The translations under genes and the position numbers were made by a program. A DNA stretch of 64,000 nt. Origin: an uncultured Spirochaetota bacterium (GTDB taxonomy: Bacteria > Spirochaetota > Spirochaetia > SZUA-6 > Fen-1364). The stretch covers positions 64,536 through 128,535 of the forward strand of contig CAVUXE010000033.1 in assembly GCA_963745235.1 (NCBI GenBank), read 5' to 3'. Below are positions 20,296 through 29,739 of the stretch, piece by piece (the stretch's first letter is position 1; every line of letters starts with the position of its first letter). The notes beneath the pieces were generated by a model, which was given only the letters and a program-made list of their open reading frames with translations, made no database searches and had not been told where the DNA came from.

Positions 20296-21232
20296 ATGCT
20301 TGCTTCCCCGGTGCCTGCAGGGGTTCCTGTCAGCGAGCATGCGCCTGGCTGTTCCCATCCTGCTGGCGGCCCTTGGCGGGATCTACAACGAGAAGTCCGG
20401 CGTGTTGAACATCGGGATGGAAGGCATGATGATCGTCGGCAGCCTGGTGGGTTTCGTTACCGGCTTTTTCCTGCACAGCCTGTGGCTGGGCGTGCTGGCG
20501 GCGGTCACGAGCGGAATCCTCCTGGGGATGCTGCTGGGTTTTTTCGTCATCACGCTGGACGCGAACCAGGTGGTGGCCGGAATTGCTCTCAACCTGCTGT
20601 GCGTGGGGGTGACCAGCCTGCTGTTCCGCGTGATCTTCGGCGTCGGCAGGGCCCCGCGGGTGAACAGCTTCGAAGCGCTGCCCGTCCCCGGCCTGGGCGA
20701 CATCCCCATCCTGGGCCCGCTTCTTTTTCGACAGTCACCGCTGGTATACATCACCTATGCCCTCGTGGCGCTCACCTTCATCATCATCTATCGAACGAGC
20801 TGGGGATTGAGCATCATCTCCACGGGAGAGAATCCCGAGGCTGCCGAGACACTCGGGGTGAACGTCTCTCGGACGCGCTACGCGGCCATGATGGTGAGCG
20901 GCGCACTGTGCGCGCTGGGCGGCGCCTTCCTCTCGGTGGATTCAACCGGCCTGTTCATCGACAACATGACCGCCGGGAGAGGGTACATCGCCCTGGCCCT
21001 GCTGATCCTGGGGCGCAGGCATCCATTCGGCCTGCTGGCGGCGGCCCTGATGTTCGGCGCCGCTGATGCGCTGCAGCTTCGGACGCAGATCCTGAACATC
21101 GGCATACCCTTTCAATTCATGCTCATGCTGCCCTATCTCCTGACGGTCGTCGTCCTGGTGGTTTTTGTGCGCCGGATCGACAATCCTGCTGCCTTGGGCG
21201 TGCACTACAAGCACGGGGGGGACACGGAATGA
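20296..21232 (+). CDS. ABC permease (frameshift near 20314)
   Basis: EKSGVLNIGMEG, GENPEAA, GRGYIALA. Confidence 0.88.
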
Positions 21233-21957
21233 CGGATGCCGCTGGTTCTGCCTGGCCTGATCTCCAGTCCGCATGGGAGAACGGAAAGATCGCTGTTGTC
21301 GCCTTCGGCGCGCAGGAAGAGCATGGGCCGCATTGCCCGCTGGCAACCGACACGCTGATTGCCAACGGTCTTGCAGCCCGGCTGGCCGCGGAGCTGGACG
21401 CGGTGCTGCTGCCCGCCATCCCGTACGGGGAGACGTGGAGCACCTCCGGCTATCCTGGTACGGTGTCCCTTTCTCCGCAGACCGTCCGGCAGATCGCGCT
21501 GGAGATTGGAGTCAGCCTCAAGGGGCAGGGAGCGAGGGCCCTTGTGATCGTCAACGGGCATTTTGGAAACCGCGGCCCCATCGCGCTTGCCTGCAGAGAG
21601 CTGAGGCAGAGCCATTCTTTCCCGGCGCTGCTGGTGGATTACCCCGGCCTGGAAGAGCTGGCAAGAGAAATCAGCTCGAGCATACCGGCGGCCCCCCTGT
21701 TCTATCATGCGGAGGAGGTGGAGACTTCCCTGGTGCTCGCCCTGGCTCCGCAGCTGGTCCAGATGGAGAAAGCGGTGGCTGAATATCCGGTTTTTCCGCC
21801 GACCTTCAACGCCGAGCCGGTCCTCCTCAACACGTTCTGCAAGAGCGGCGTCTTTGGAGACCCGCGCGCTGCTGACGCGGAGAAGGGGAAGAAGCTCCTG
21901 GAGGGATTGACCGTGCGGAGCGTTGAGCTTGTCCGCGAGTTTCTGAAACACCCGTAG
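21229..21957 (+). CDS. Creatininase/creatinine amidohydrolase family protein
   Basis: EEHGPH...D, NGHFGN, HAEEVETS, GVFGDP. Confidence 0.9.
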   Translation: MTDAAGSAWPDLQSAWENGKIAVVAFGAQEEHGPHCPLATDTLIANGLAARLAAELDAVLLPAIPYGETWSTSGYPGTVSLSPQTVRQIALEIGVSLKGQGARALVIVNGHFGNRGPIALACRELRQSHSFPALLVDYPGLEELAREISSSIPAAPLFYHAEEVETSLVLALAPQLVQMEKAVAEYPVFPPTFNAEPVLLNTFCKSGVFGDPRAADAEKGKKLLEGLTVRSVELVREFLKHP

Positions 21958-21989
21958 CGTCCCCGAATACCCAGGAAGGTGGTCTTGCA

Positions 21990-23348
21990 ATGGTAGACGG
22001 AAAGCAGCTGGACCAGGCGATCGAGCGCAACAAGGAAGCTGCGCTTCAGGAGCTCAGTGCGTTCTGCGCGCAGCCGAGCATCTCCGCGCAGGGCGTGGGC
22101 ATGCGCGAAATGGCGGCGCTCGTGCGGCAATCGCTGGAGCGGCGCGGGTTTGAGACGCGCCTGGTGGAGACCAGGCGCCACCCGGCGATCCTGGCGGAGC
22201 GCAGCGGCCGCGGGATCGCCTCGGTGCTTTTCTACAATCACTACGACGTCCAGCCCCCCGACCCTCTCGAGCAGTGGATCAGCCCCGCGTTCAAGCCGAC
22301 CGTGCGGGACGGCAAGCTCTTCGCGAGGGGAGCCATGGACGACAAGGGGCACCTGGCCTGCCGCCTGGCCGCGCTGGATGCCGTGCGGGACGTCTACGGG
22401 GAGCTGCCCTGTACGGTGAAGCTTCTGATCGAAGGGGAGGAGGAGATTGCCAGCCCGAACCTCGAGGAGGTCATTCGGCAAAACAGGGATGACCTGATGG
22501 CGGATCTGTGCCTGTGGGAGTTCGGAGAAGTCGATGCGGACGGGGCCTCCCTGCAATACCTGGGGTTTCGGGGAATCCTTTCTGTGGAGCTTTCCGTGCA
22601 GACCCTCTCTCAGGACTGCCACTCCGGCATCTGGGGGACACTGCTTCCGAATGCTGCGTGGAGGCTGAGCTGGGCCCTCTCCAGCCTGAAGAGCCCTGAT
22701 GAGAGGGTGGCCATCCCGGGCTTCTATGACCGGGTGGTGCCTCCCTCGGAGCTCGACATGCAGCTGATGAACCAGCTGCCCGTCATCTCCGATGCCCAGC
22801 TGTCCGCTCTCGGGGCCAAAGAGGTCATCTTCCAGTACTCCACGCCCGGTGAGTTCCACAGGAACGCCGTGCTTTCCCCCAGCTGCACCATCTGCGGTCT
22901 GGCGTCCGGCTATCAGGGAGAGGGGCAGAAGACCATCGTTCCTTCCCGGGCTTCCGCGAAGCTGGATTTCCGCCTGGTTCCAGATCAGACCCCGGAGGAG
23001 ATCCTGGACAAGCTGAGGAAGCACCTCGATTCGCGCGGGTTCAAGGACATCCAGGCAACATCCATCGGCACGCTCTATCCCTCAAGGACCCCGGTGGACC
23101 ATCCCCTTGTCCGGATGGTGACCGAGTGCGCCAGGGACGTCTACGGCCAGCCCCAGCGCATCTACCCGATGAGCGGCGGGTCGGGACCCGCCCACTTCTT
23201 CCGCAAGCACCTCGGCCTCCCCGTGGTGACCGCGGGGGTCGGCTACCTCGGCTCCAACATCCATGCCCCCAACGAACATATCCGTCTCCGGGACTTCTCC
23301 AACGGGATCCGCCACACGGCCCGTATTCTGGCCAACCTCGGGCAATGA
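21990..23348 (+). CDS. M20/M25/M40 family metallohydrolase
   Basis: HYDVQP, RGAMDDKG, EGEEE, HAPNE. Confidence 0.92.
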   Translation: MVDGKQLDQAIERNKEAALQELSAFCAQPSISAQGVGMREMAALVRQSLERRGFETRLVETRRHPAILAERSGRGIASVLFYNHYDVQPPDPLEQWISPAFKPTVRDGKLFARGAMDDKGHLACRLAALDAVRDVYGELPCTVKLLIEGEEEIASPNLEEVIRQNRDDLMADLCLWEFGEVDADGASLQYLGFRGILSVELSVQTLSQDCHSGIWGTLLPNAAWRLSWALSSLKSPDERVAIPGFYDRVVPPSELDMQLMNQLPVISDAQLSALGAKEVIFQYSTPGEFHRNAVLSPSCTICGLASGYQGEGQKTIVPSRASAKLDFRLVPDQTPEEILDKLRKHLDSRGFKDIQATSIGTLYPSRTPVDHPLVRMVTECARDVYGQPQRIYPMSGGSGPAHFFRKHLGLPVVTAGVGYLGSNIHAPNEHIRLRDFSNGIRHTARILANLGQ

Positions 23349-23370
23349 ACGGACGCCGCGGACTTTTCCG

Positions 23371-23688
23371 CTATGTCTTCCGGAATTGCATCGAAACTTC
23401 CCTCGGAAGCGCAAGTCCGGCCGCTGCTTCGATGGCCTTGAGAAAGCCGGAGTACAACGGGCAGGTGACGTGGGGGAGATGCTTCGACAGGGCGGCGTAC
23501 ACAGCGGTCTCGTGCGGTTTGCGGAAAAGCTCGGCGTAGGCATCCACGCTCGTGAGCGCACCGTAAGCTTTCGCCGCATTCGGGCAGGTCGTTTCAAAGT
23601 TGATGGTCACGGTCTGCTGGTCCTCCGAGGAGGTCCGGATGGTCGTCAGGAAACCGCAGACTCCTGCAGCAACGGTCAGTTCGTGCAT
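23371..23688 (-). CDS. Small Cys-containing hypothetical protein (DUF6951-like)
   Basis: GVCGF, TCP, HVTCP, GLALP. Confidence 0.65.
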   Translation of the reverse strand: MHELTVAAGVCGFLTTIRTSSEDQQTVTINFETTCPNAAKAYGALTSVDAYAELFRKPHETAVYAALSKHLPHVTCPLYSGFLKAIEAAAGLALPREVSMQFRKT

Positions 23689-23834
23689 GGGGCGAAGCAT
23701 AGCAGAAAAGCATCGATTTTGTGTGCCAGGGGCTTCCGATAGAGGCGCATTCGATGGATCCCGGTGAGGCTTGAGGACGGCACGCTTCCCGACTACACTT
23801 GGAGAAGGAGATGCTGCGGCGTCAGGAGGCCGGG

Positions 23835-24287
23835 ATGAGTAGACTGCCCTCTTTAGTCACGATGTTTGCGCTGGCCTGCCTCGTTGCGACTGGCTGCAAG
23901 ACCACCGGCACGCCCACCGCGTCGCAACAGGGAGACCAGTCCGCGGCGCAGCCGTCAAGCAAGGGGCAGCAGGCGGTCCAATCCCAGGCCCAGCCCATGG
24001 CGCAGTCTCAGACGCAGCCGACTGCCCGGTCCCCGGCCCGACCCGTGGTCCGTCTCGAGGCGCCGGCATTCGCCAAGCGCGCCGCCAGGCGCATCAGCGA
24101 AGCCCCCTTTGTAAACAACGCTCTTTCTGCGCTGCATCGGATCGATCTCGGAAAGATGAAGGTCAGACTTTTTGGCGCGAACCTGCCTGCATCGGATCTT
24201 GTCGCGCCGATTGTGGCGGCCGCCCTCCTTCTGGGCGGTGGATACTGGGTTTTTGCCTCGCGGAAACTGGCCCGGCAGGGCAGGTAG
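23835..24287 (+). CDS. Putative lipoprotein with Gln/Pro-rich linker and C-terminal TM helix
   Basis: SD aggagg; lipobox-like ATGC; C-terminal hydrophobic helix and basic tail. Confidence 0.55.
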   Translation: MSRLPSLVTMFALACLVATGCKTTGTPTASQQGDQSAAQPSSKGQQAVQSQAQPMAQSQTQPTARSPARPVVRLEAPAFAKRAARRISEAPFVNNALSALHRIDLGKMKVRLFGANLPASDLVAPIVAAALLLGGGYWVFASRKLARQGR

Positions 24288-24309
24288 CGCAGGCGGCCCC
24301 GGGGCCTGC

Positions 24310-25223
24310 TCAGCTCGCCTTCTTCTTCCGCGCCGTGGTGACCGCAGCGGCGGTCTTCGCCGGCTTCGCGCTCGGCGCCTGCTTCAGCCCTGCCTTCACC
24401 TTCTTCTTTTCCCCGTTCTCTACCGGAGTGCCGCCGCCTGCCGCCTGCGCCTCGGCGACGCTTCGCTTCAGGGCCTCCATCAGGTTGATGATCTTGGGCT
24501 CCTCGGGGTCACGCACTTGCACGACTTCCTTGCCTTCGATCTTCAGCTGGATGAGCTTCGTGAGCTTCTCCTTGTACACGTCCTTGTAGTGGCCGTAGTC
24601 GAAGCTCTTGATCATCGACGCCTTGATGAGCGTGTCAGTGAGGGACATTTCCGCCTCGGAGAGCTGGGTCTCAGCGATCTCATCCTTGAACGCGGAGGCC
24701 GACTTCACCTCGTCCTTTCGGGTGAGCACGGTCATGGCCAGCACGCCGTCGATGGGCCGAACCAGCACTACCTGTTCCTTCTGCGAGATGACGACCTCCG
24801 CGACGGCGCAGACCTTGTTCGCCTCCATGCTCTTCATGAGCAGGCTGTAGGGCTTCTGGCCCACGGGCCCATCAGGGGTCAGGTAGTAGGTGCGGCCCGC
24901 CATGTAGATGCTGGAGAGCTGGTCCGGCTTGATGAACCCGTCGATGCGCACGGACTTGTCGCTCTCCGTGCGCAGCTTATCGAGCTCCTCCTCATCCACG
25001 ATGACATACTGACCCTTGGCGTACTCATAGCCCTTGACGATTTCATCCTGGAGACCTCCCCCACCTCGGGGGCAAACTTCTTGTACTGGATGCGCGTGTG
25101 CGTCTTGGCATGAAGCTGATGAAGCGTGATATCGCTGCCGGTCGCGGTGGCCGTGTAGGCCTTTACCGGAACAGAGACCAGGCTGAGCTTGAGAAAGCCC
25201 TTCCACGATGCGTGGGCTGCCAT
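24310..25223 (-). CDS. ku: Ku protein (frameshift near 25050)
   Basis: WKGFLKLSLVSVPVK, IVKGYE, YYLTPD, INLMEALKRS, Lys/Ala-rich tail; one missing C restores the frame. Confidence 0.92.
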
Positions 25224-25393
25224 GCTACCCCCTATCCCCCCCCGTTGAAAGAAGCTACAAAGCCCTCCTCCGGGAGTCAACCCGTATCAGTGTCGGCGGG
25301 AAGAGCCTTGAGCTGCAATGGTCGCGGCTTTCCTGTCCACAGTCGACGGCGGCCGCCAGTCGACACGAGGGGCTTTGTCCGCTACACTATGCC

Positions 25394-26572
25394 ATGAGGA
25401 GCAGGCTTTCCCCGAGCATCTTCTTCCACGTAATGACAAGGGCCCCGGACCTTCTTCCGAAGGTAACGAGGTTCCTGCTCAGAAAAAAACTCGGCGCTGA
25501 CAGGGACGTGCGGCGCGGGGACGGTATATCCTCCAAGCCTCCCTACATGGTGAGCTTGAGAATAACCAATGCCTGCAACCACAGGTGTCCCGTCTGTGGG
25601 CAATACGGGGCGTACGGGTACATGGGGGAATCCGAAAGGCGGAAGGCGCTCCTGAAGACACTCCCCGTGGAAGTCTACAGGAAGATGGTCGACGACTTGT
25701 CGTTCTACCGCCCTTTCTACTACGCGACCGGCGGTGAGCCTTTTCTCTATCCGGGGATCGTGGAGCTGCTCAACTACGCGAAGGCAAAGGGGAGCAGCGT
25801 GTTCATCGTCACCAACGGCGTCAAGCTGCAGGAGCATGCGGAAGAGATCGTGAGGAACGAATGGGACCTCCTGGTGGTTTCCCTGGACGGACCGGAGGAA
25901 GTTCACGACGAGTGCAGGCGCACGAAAGGCGCATACAGGACGCTCATGGAGGGGATCACCGCGGTGCGCGAGTGGCGTTCCCGGCTGGGAAAAGCGCGCC
26001 CGTTCATCGTGACCTCAACGACTCTGTCACGGAAAAACGCAGAATGCCTGGAGGAGACATACGAGATGGGTCGGACTCTGAACCCGGACATCATGGCTGT
26101 TTTCCTGTCCTGGTTCACCAGCGAGCAGCTGGGGGAAGCCCAGCAGAAGCTCCTTCGCGACGCGCTGGGAGTGGAAGCATTCACCTGGAAGGCCTATGCC
26201 CGGGAGTTCTCCGTGGAAGACGCGAACCTGTTCATGAACGCGATGGCCCGGGCGGACAGCAGGAAGTGGCCTTTCGAGCGCCTCGTGATACCGAGCCTGA
26301 GAGGGACCGACGTCCGGGACTACTACCTGGAGCCGGCGAAGATGTTCGGATTCAGCAAGTGCGTCACTCCTTTCCTCGAAGTCAACGTCATGCCGAACGG
26401 CGACGTTGTGACCTGCCGTGATTATATCGATGTCAAGGTTGGCAATATTTCCGAAGAGGGGCTCCTCGATATCTGGAATAACGAGGGCTTCAGAAAGTTT
26501 CGACGTCTCCTCATCGAAAAAGGCGGGCTCCTGCCCCAGTGCACCAGATGCTGCGGACTCATGGGATTCTAG
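25394..26572 (+). CDS. Radical SAM protein with SPASM/Twitch domain
   Basis: CNHRCPVC, GGEP, TNG, SLDG; C-terminal C...GDVVTC...CTRCC. Confidence 0.9.
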   Translation: MRSRLSPSIFFHVMTRAPDLLPKVTRFLLRKKLGADRDVRRGDGISSKPPYMVSLRITNACNHRCPVCGQYGAYGYMGESERRKALLKTLPVEVYRKMVDDLSFYRPFYYATGGEPFLYPGIVELLNYAKAKGSSVFIVTNGVKLQEHAEEIVRNEWDLLVVSLDGPEEVHDECRRTKGAYRTLMEGITAVREWRSRLGKARPFIVTSTTLSRKNAECLEETYEMGRTLNPDIMAVFLSWFTSEQLGEAQQKLLRDALGVEAFTWKAYAREFSVEDANLFMNAMARADSRKWPFERLVIPSLRGTDVRDYYLEPAKMFGFSKCVTPFLEVNVMPNGDVVTCRDYIDVKVGNISEEGLLDIWNNEGFRKFRRLLIEKGGLLPQCTRCCGLMGF

Positions 26573-27414
26573 TCTTTCTCCTCCTTGGCGTGTGCGCCGC
26601 GTCGCCTCTGTCCTCACTGACGGTCCACGTCAACGATATCGACATTGCCTGGCAGGACCTCGGCTCGGGAGATCCGATCGTGATGATCATGGGATACGGC
26701 GGATCGATGGATCTCTGGAGCCCGCGGCTCCTGAAGCTCTTGTCCGCCTCCCACAGGGTCATTGTTTTCGACAACCGCGGAATGGGGCATTCGACCTCGA
26801 CGGATGAGGAGTACTCCATCCCCCTGTTCGCGCGCGACACGCTGGGCCTGATGGATGCCCTCAGCATCGACAAGGCAACGATACTGGCGTGGTCACTGGG
26901 GACGGAGATTGCCCTTGAGCTGGCGATAACGAACCCGACGCGGGTCGCCAACCTGGTCCTGATATCCGGCACTCCCGGCGGCAGGGAGAAAATAGATCCC
27001 GACCCCCAGATCATGCGAACATTTGCGGACGACTCGGGATCAGCGATGGACCGGGGATTGCGCCTGATCGGATTGCTGTTTCCGCTGGACTGGCTGATCT
27101 TTCATCCCTTCATTTCAGGTTATTTCCCGACGGACGCGAAGATGAATCCGCCGGAGCGGACCAGGCGGCAGCTCGCCGCCATGAGGGATTGGGAGGGATG
27201 CTATGATCGCCTGGGGGAGATCACTTCACCTGCTCTTGTCATGGTGGGGGAGTCCGACGCGCTGGTTCCGCCGGCAAACTCTCTCCTGCTCGCAAACGCC
27301 ATCCCGTCCTCCCGTCTCGTCCGGCTTCCCGGCGGGGGCCACGGGGTCATCTTCCAGTATCCTGACCGGATATCGGAGGAAATCACCGCCTTTCTCAAAG
27401 ACCCCGGATACTGA
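26539..27414 (+). CDS. Exported alpha/beta hydrolase
   Basis: Hydrophobic N-terminus; DNRGMG, AWSLG, GGGHG. Confidence 0.83.
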   Translation: MHQMLRTHGILVFLLLGVCAASPLSSLTVHVNDIDIAWQDLGSGDPIVMIMGYGGSMDLWSPRLLKLLSASHRVIVFDNRGMGHSTSTDEEYSIPLFARDTLGLMDALSIDKATILAWSLGTEIALELAITNPTRVANLVLISGTPGGREKIDPDPQIMRTFADDSGSAMDRGLRLIGLLFPLDWLIFHPFISGYFPTDAKMNPPERTRRQLAAMRDWEGCYDRLGEITSPALVMVGESDALVPPANSLLLANAIPSSRLVRLPGGGHGVIFQYPDRISEEITAFLKDPGY

Positions 27415-27429
27415 CCAGCGCCCGGATGC

Positions 27430-29691
27430 TCAGAAGGCGTGACCGCTTCGAATGATCACGGTAAAGCCCTCGGGGGAGAGTGGCTCACCGTCGAACCCCA
27501 CGTCGAGGGAGATGATTGAGCGCTCGGAAAATGCGAAGCGCAGTCCCGCGCCTCCGCTCAGGTGAAAGGCGTCGAACCTGAGCTGCCCGTAGTCTCCGCA
27601 CACCTGGCCGGCGTCCAGGAACAGGTCCCCTCCGATGATGGACCAGACGGGGAAGCGGTACTCGAGCTGGCCGAAGAACCCGAAGTTTCCGATGAATCGA
27701 TCCGGCTGGAAGCCTCTGCCGATCGACAAACCGCCGAAAGACGGCATGGCGTAAAAAGGCGCGTCCCCAAAGGTGTTCTTCAGCAGGAGCCTCGCCGCCA
27801 GGACGTGGTGATGGAAGATGCTGAGGAAATACCTGAAATCCGCATCCAGGGAGCAGTACCGGAACTCGCTTCCGAGGTACGCGCTCGAAATGCCCGCTGC
27901 GATTGCCTCGTAATCCCCGTACCACGGCTCTGTTGGCAAGTCCCGTGTGTCGTGCGCGACCTCCGCGCGCAGGAGCGTCATGAGGCCGCCCCCGTCTCCA
28001 GTTACGTTGGACACACCGTCGACGACGGAGTACTCCACGAGGGGAGAAAGAGTTGCCGTGACCGTGGGCAGCACGGTTGTGCTGGCAGCCATCGAGGCTT
28101 CGAACGATTTCCACGAGTACAGTCGGGCGTCCTGGAGAACAGTCGCATTTCCCATGCCGAAGTATCGCTTCGGGAATCCGTCGTAGCTCAGGCCGAAATC
28201 CAGCGACGTTGCCGGGATGGGGCTGGGGGAGGACGCTGTGAGCTGGGCGGCAAAGCAGTTGCTGAAGCTGTACATCGCGGTCACGCCGATGGCCGCCCCG
28301 GTTCCGAACAGGTTGAAATCCAGAAAGCTCGCTCCCGCTGAAAAACCAGAAACAGTGTCGTAGAACCCAAACGGGAAGATCATGATCGGCTGCCTGCTCA
28401 AGCCCTTCCGACTCTCCTCCGGGATCTCTCCATCCACAACGACGTCCTTGCCCTGGAGAACGACGCGTCGGACGCGCTTCGCGTCGAGCGGGCCTTCTTT
28501 GAGGTCTCCCGAAAAGAAGAGAAAGTCCGCCACGCGCCCCGGGGCGATGCTCCCGACCTCTCCCTCTTTGCGGATCTTCCTGGCGCCGTTTGCAGTAGCC
28601 GCCTCCAGCACCTCCGCGCGTGAAAGTCCTGCCTCTTCCAGGAGAGCCAGCTCGCGGTAGAATCCCTCCCCCGCGGTCTCGAGCTTCGATGAAGGGAAGT
28701 CGGTCCCCGCCGCGATGATGACCCCGTTCTGGTGCGCCTTCGCGACGGTCAGCATCATCCGGGGCATGACCGCGGTGGCATAGATCTCGTAGATCGACAG
28801 GGTAGGGGTGAAGACAACGCCGCGCGCTGCGGCTTCACGGAATGCCGCCTCCGAGCCGCTGTACGGGAAGCAGTGCACCATGCCGTCCACGTCGGCGCAG
28901 ATCATGTCGGAAAAATCTTCTTCAAGCGCCCCCAGGTCGGCGATGACCGGAAGACCTCGGGAATGAGCTTCCGAGGTGATCCGCGCGGCCAGCCCGGGGT
29001 CCAGGCGCGGCACCTTCTTTCCGTAATACGTCCCGTCGTCATACACGAGCTTGATGAAGGACACCCCCTGGCCGGAAAGCTGGGCCACCTTCATGAGCGC
29101 AGGACCCTGCTCGTCAACCTGGAAAGTGGCATTGTCGATCAGCTCGTGCTGGCCGCGGTAGATCGTACCGGCCGGGTGGCCGCCAGGCGCGGTGAACAGC
29201 GGGCCGCAATAATACAGCCGAGGCCCGAGCAGCTTCCCGCTTCGAAGTCCGGCCGCCAGCCCCTGCATGCCCGCGATGGTCGAGCCCATGTCCACCACGG
29301 AGGTGATGCCGTTTTTGAGGAGCTGTTCACGGTTTGCCGGCGCCTGGGACACGGACTCTTCGGCGAGCCGGCCCCACCCGCGCTGCGCGGTCTGCTCCAG
29401 GACTTCAAGGGGCGCGCCGAGCACGTGCACGTGGGAATCCATGAAGCCGGGGGTGACTGTCATCCCGTGCGCATCGATGATGCGGGCCCCCGCGACGGGA
29501 ACGTAGCCAGCGCTCGGCACGACGTCACGAATGAAGCCGCCTTCAATGACGATGGCGACATCCGTGACGAACTGGTGCCCGGTGAAGGCTTCGTGGGCCA
29601 GGATGACGGTCTGTTGTGGCTGGCATGGGCCCGCCGTTGCGGCGCCGAGAAGCAGGCACAGCGCCGCCGCTGTGAGCAGCAATCGGTTCAT
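27430..29691 (-). CDS. Amidohydrolase fused to an Omp85/BamA-type beta-barrel
   Basis: Signal peptide; PGFMDSHVH, IK, VH, GTD, GSIAPG..AD; C-terminal barrel with GRGF, LEYRF, GAGLRF and terminal F. Confidence 0.85.
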   Translation of the reverse strand: MNRLLLTAAALCLLLGAATAGPCQPQQTVILAHEAFTGHQFVTDVAIVIEGGFIRDVVPSAGYVPVAGARIIDAHGMTVTPGFMDSHVHVLGAPLEVLEQTAQRGWGRLAEESVSQAPANREQLLKNGITSVVDMGSTIAGMQGLAAGLRSGKLLGPRLYYCGPLFTAPGGHPAGTIYRGQHELIDNATFQVDEQGPALMKVAQLSGQGVSFIKLVYDDGTYYGKKVPRLDPGLAARITSEAHSRGLPVIADLGALEEDFSDMICADVDGMVHCFPYSGSEAAFREAAARGVVFTPTLSIYEIYATAVMPRMMLTVAKAHQNGVIIAAGTDFPSSKLETAGEGFYRELALLEEAGLSRAEVLEAATANGARKIRKEGEVGSIAPGRVADFLFFSGDLKEGPLDAKRVRRVVLQGKDVVVDGEIPEESRKGLSRQPIMIFPFGFYDTVSGFSAGASFLDFNLFGTGAAIGVTAMYSFSNCFAAQLTASSPSPIPATSLDFGLSYDGFPKRYFGMGNATVLQDARLYSWKSFEASMAASTTVLPTVTATLSPLVEYSVVDGVSNVTGDGGGLMTLLRAEVAHDTRDLPTEPWYGDYEAIAAGISSAYLGSEFRYCSLDADFRYFLSIFHHHVLAARLLLKNTFGDAPFYAMPSFGGLSIGRGFQPDRFIGNFGFFGQLEYRFPVWSIIGGDLFLDAGQVCGDYGQLRFDAFHLSGGAGLRFAFSERSIISLDVGFDGEPLSPEGFTVIIRSGHAF

Positions 29692-29739
29692 GTCTCTTCC
29701 TCGAGCTATCTCAACACCGCTCGAGGACGTTCCTGCTCC

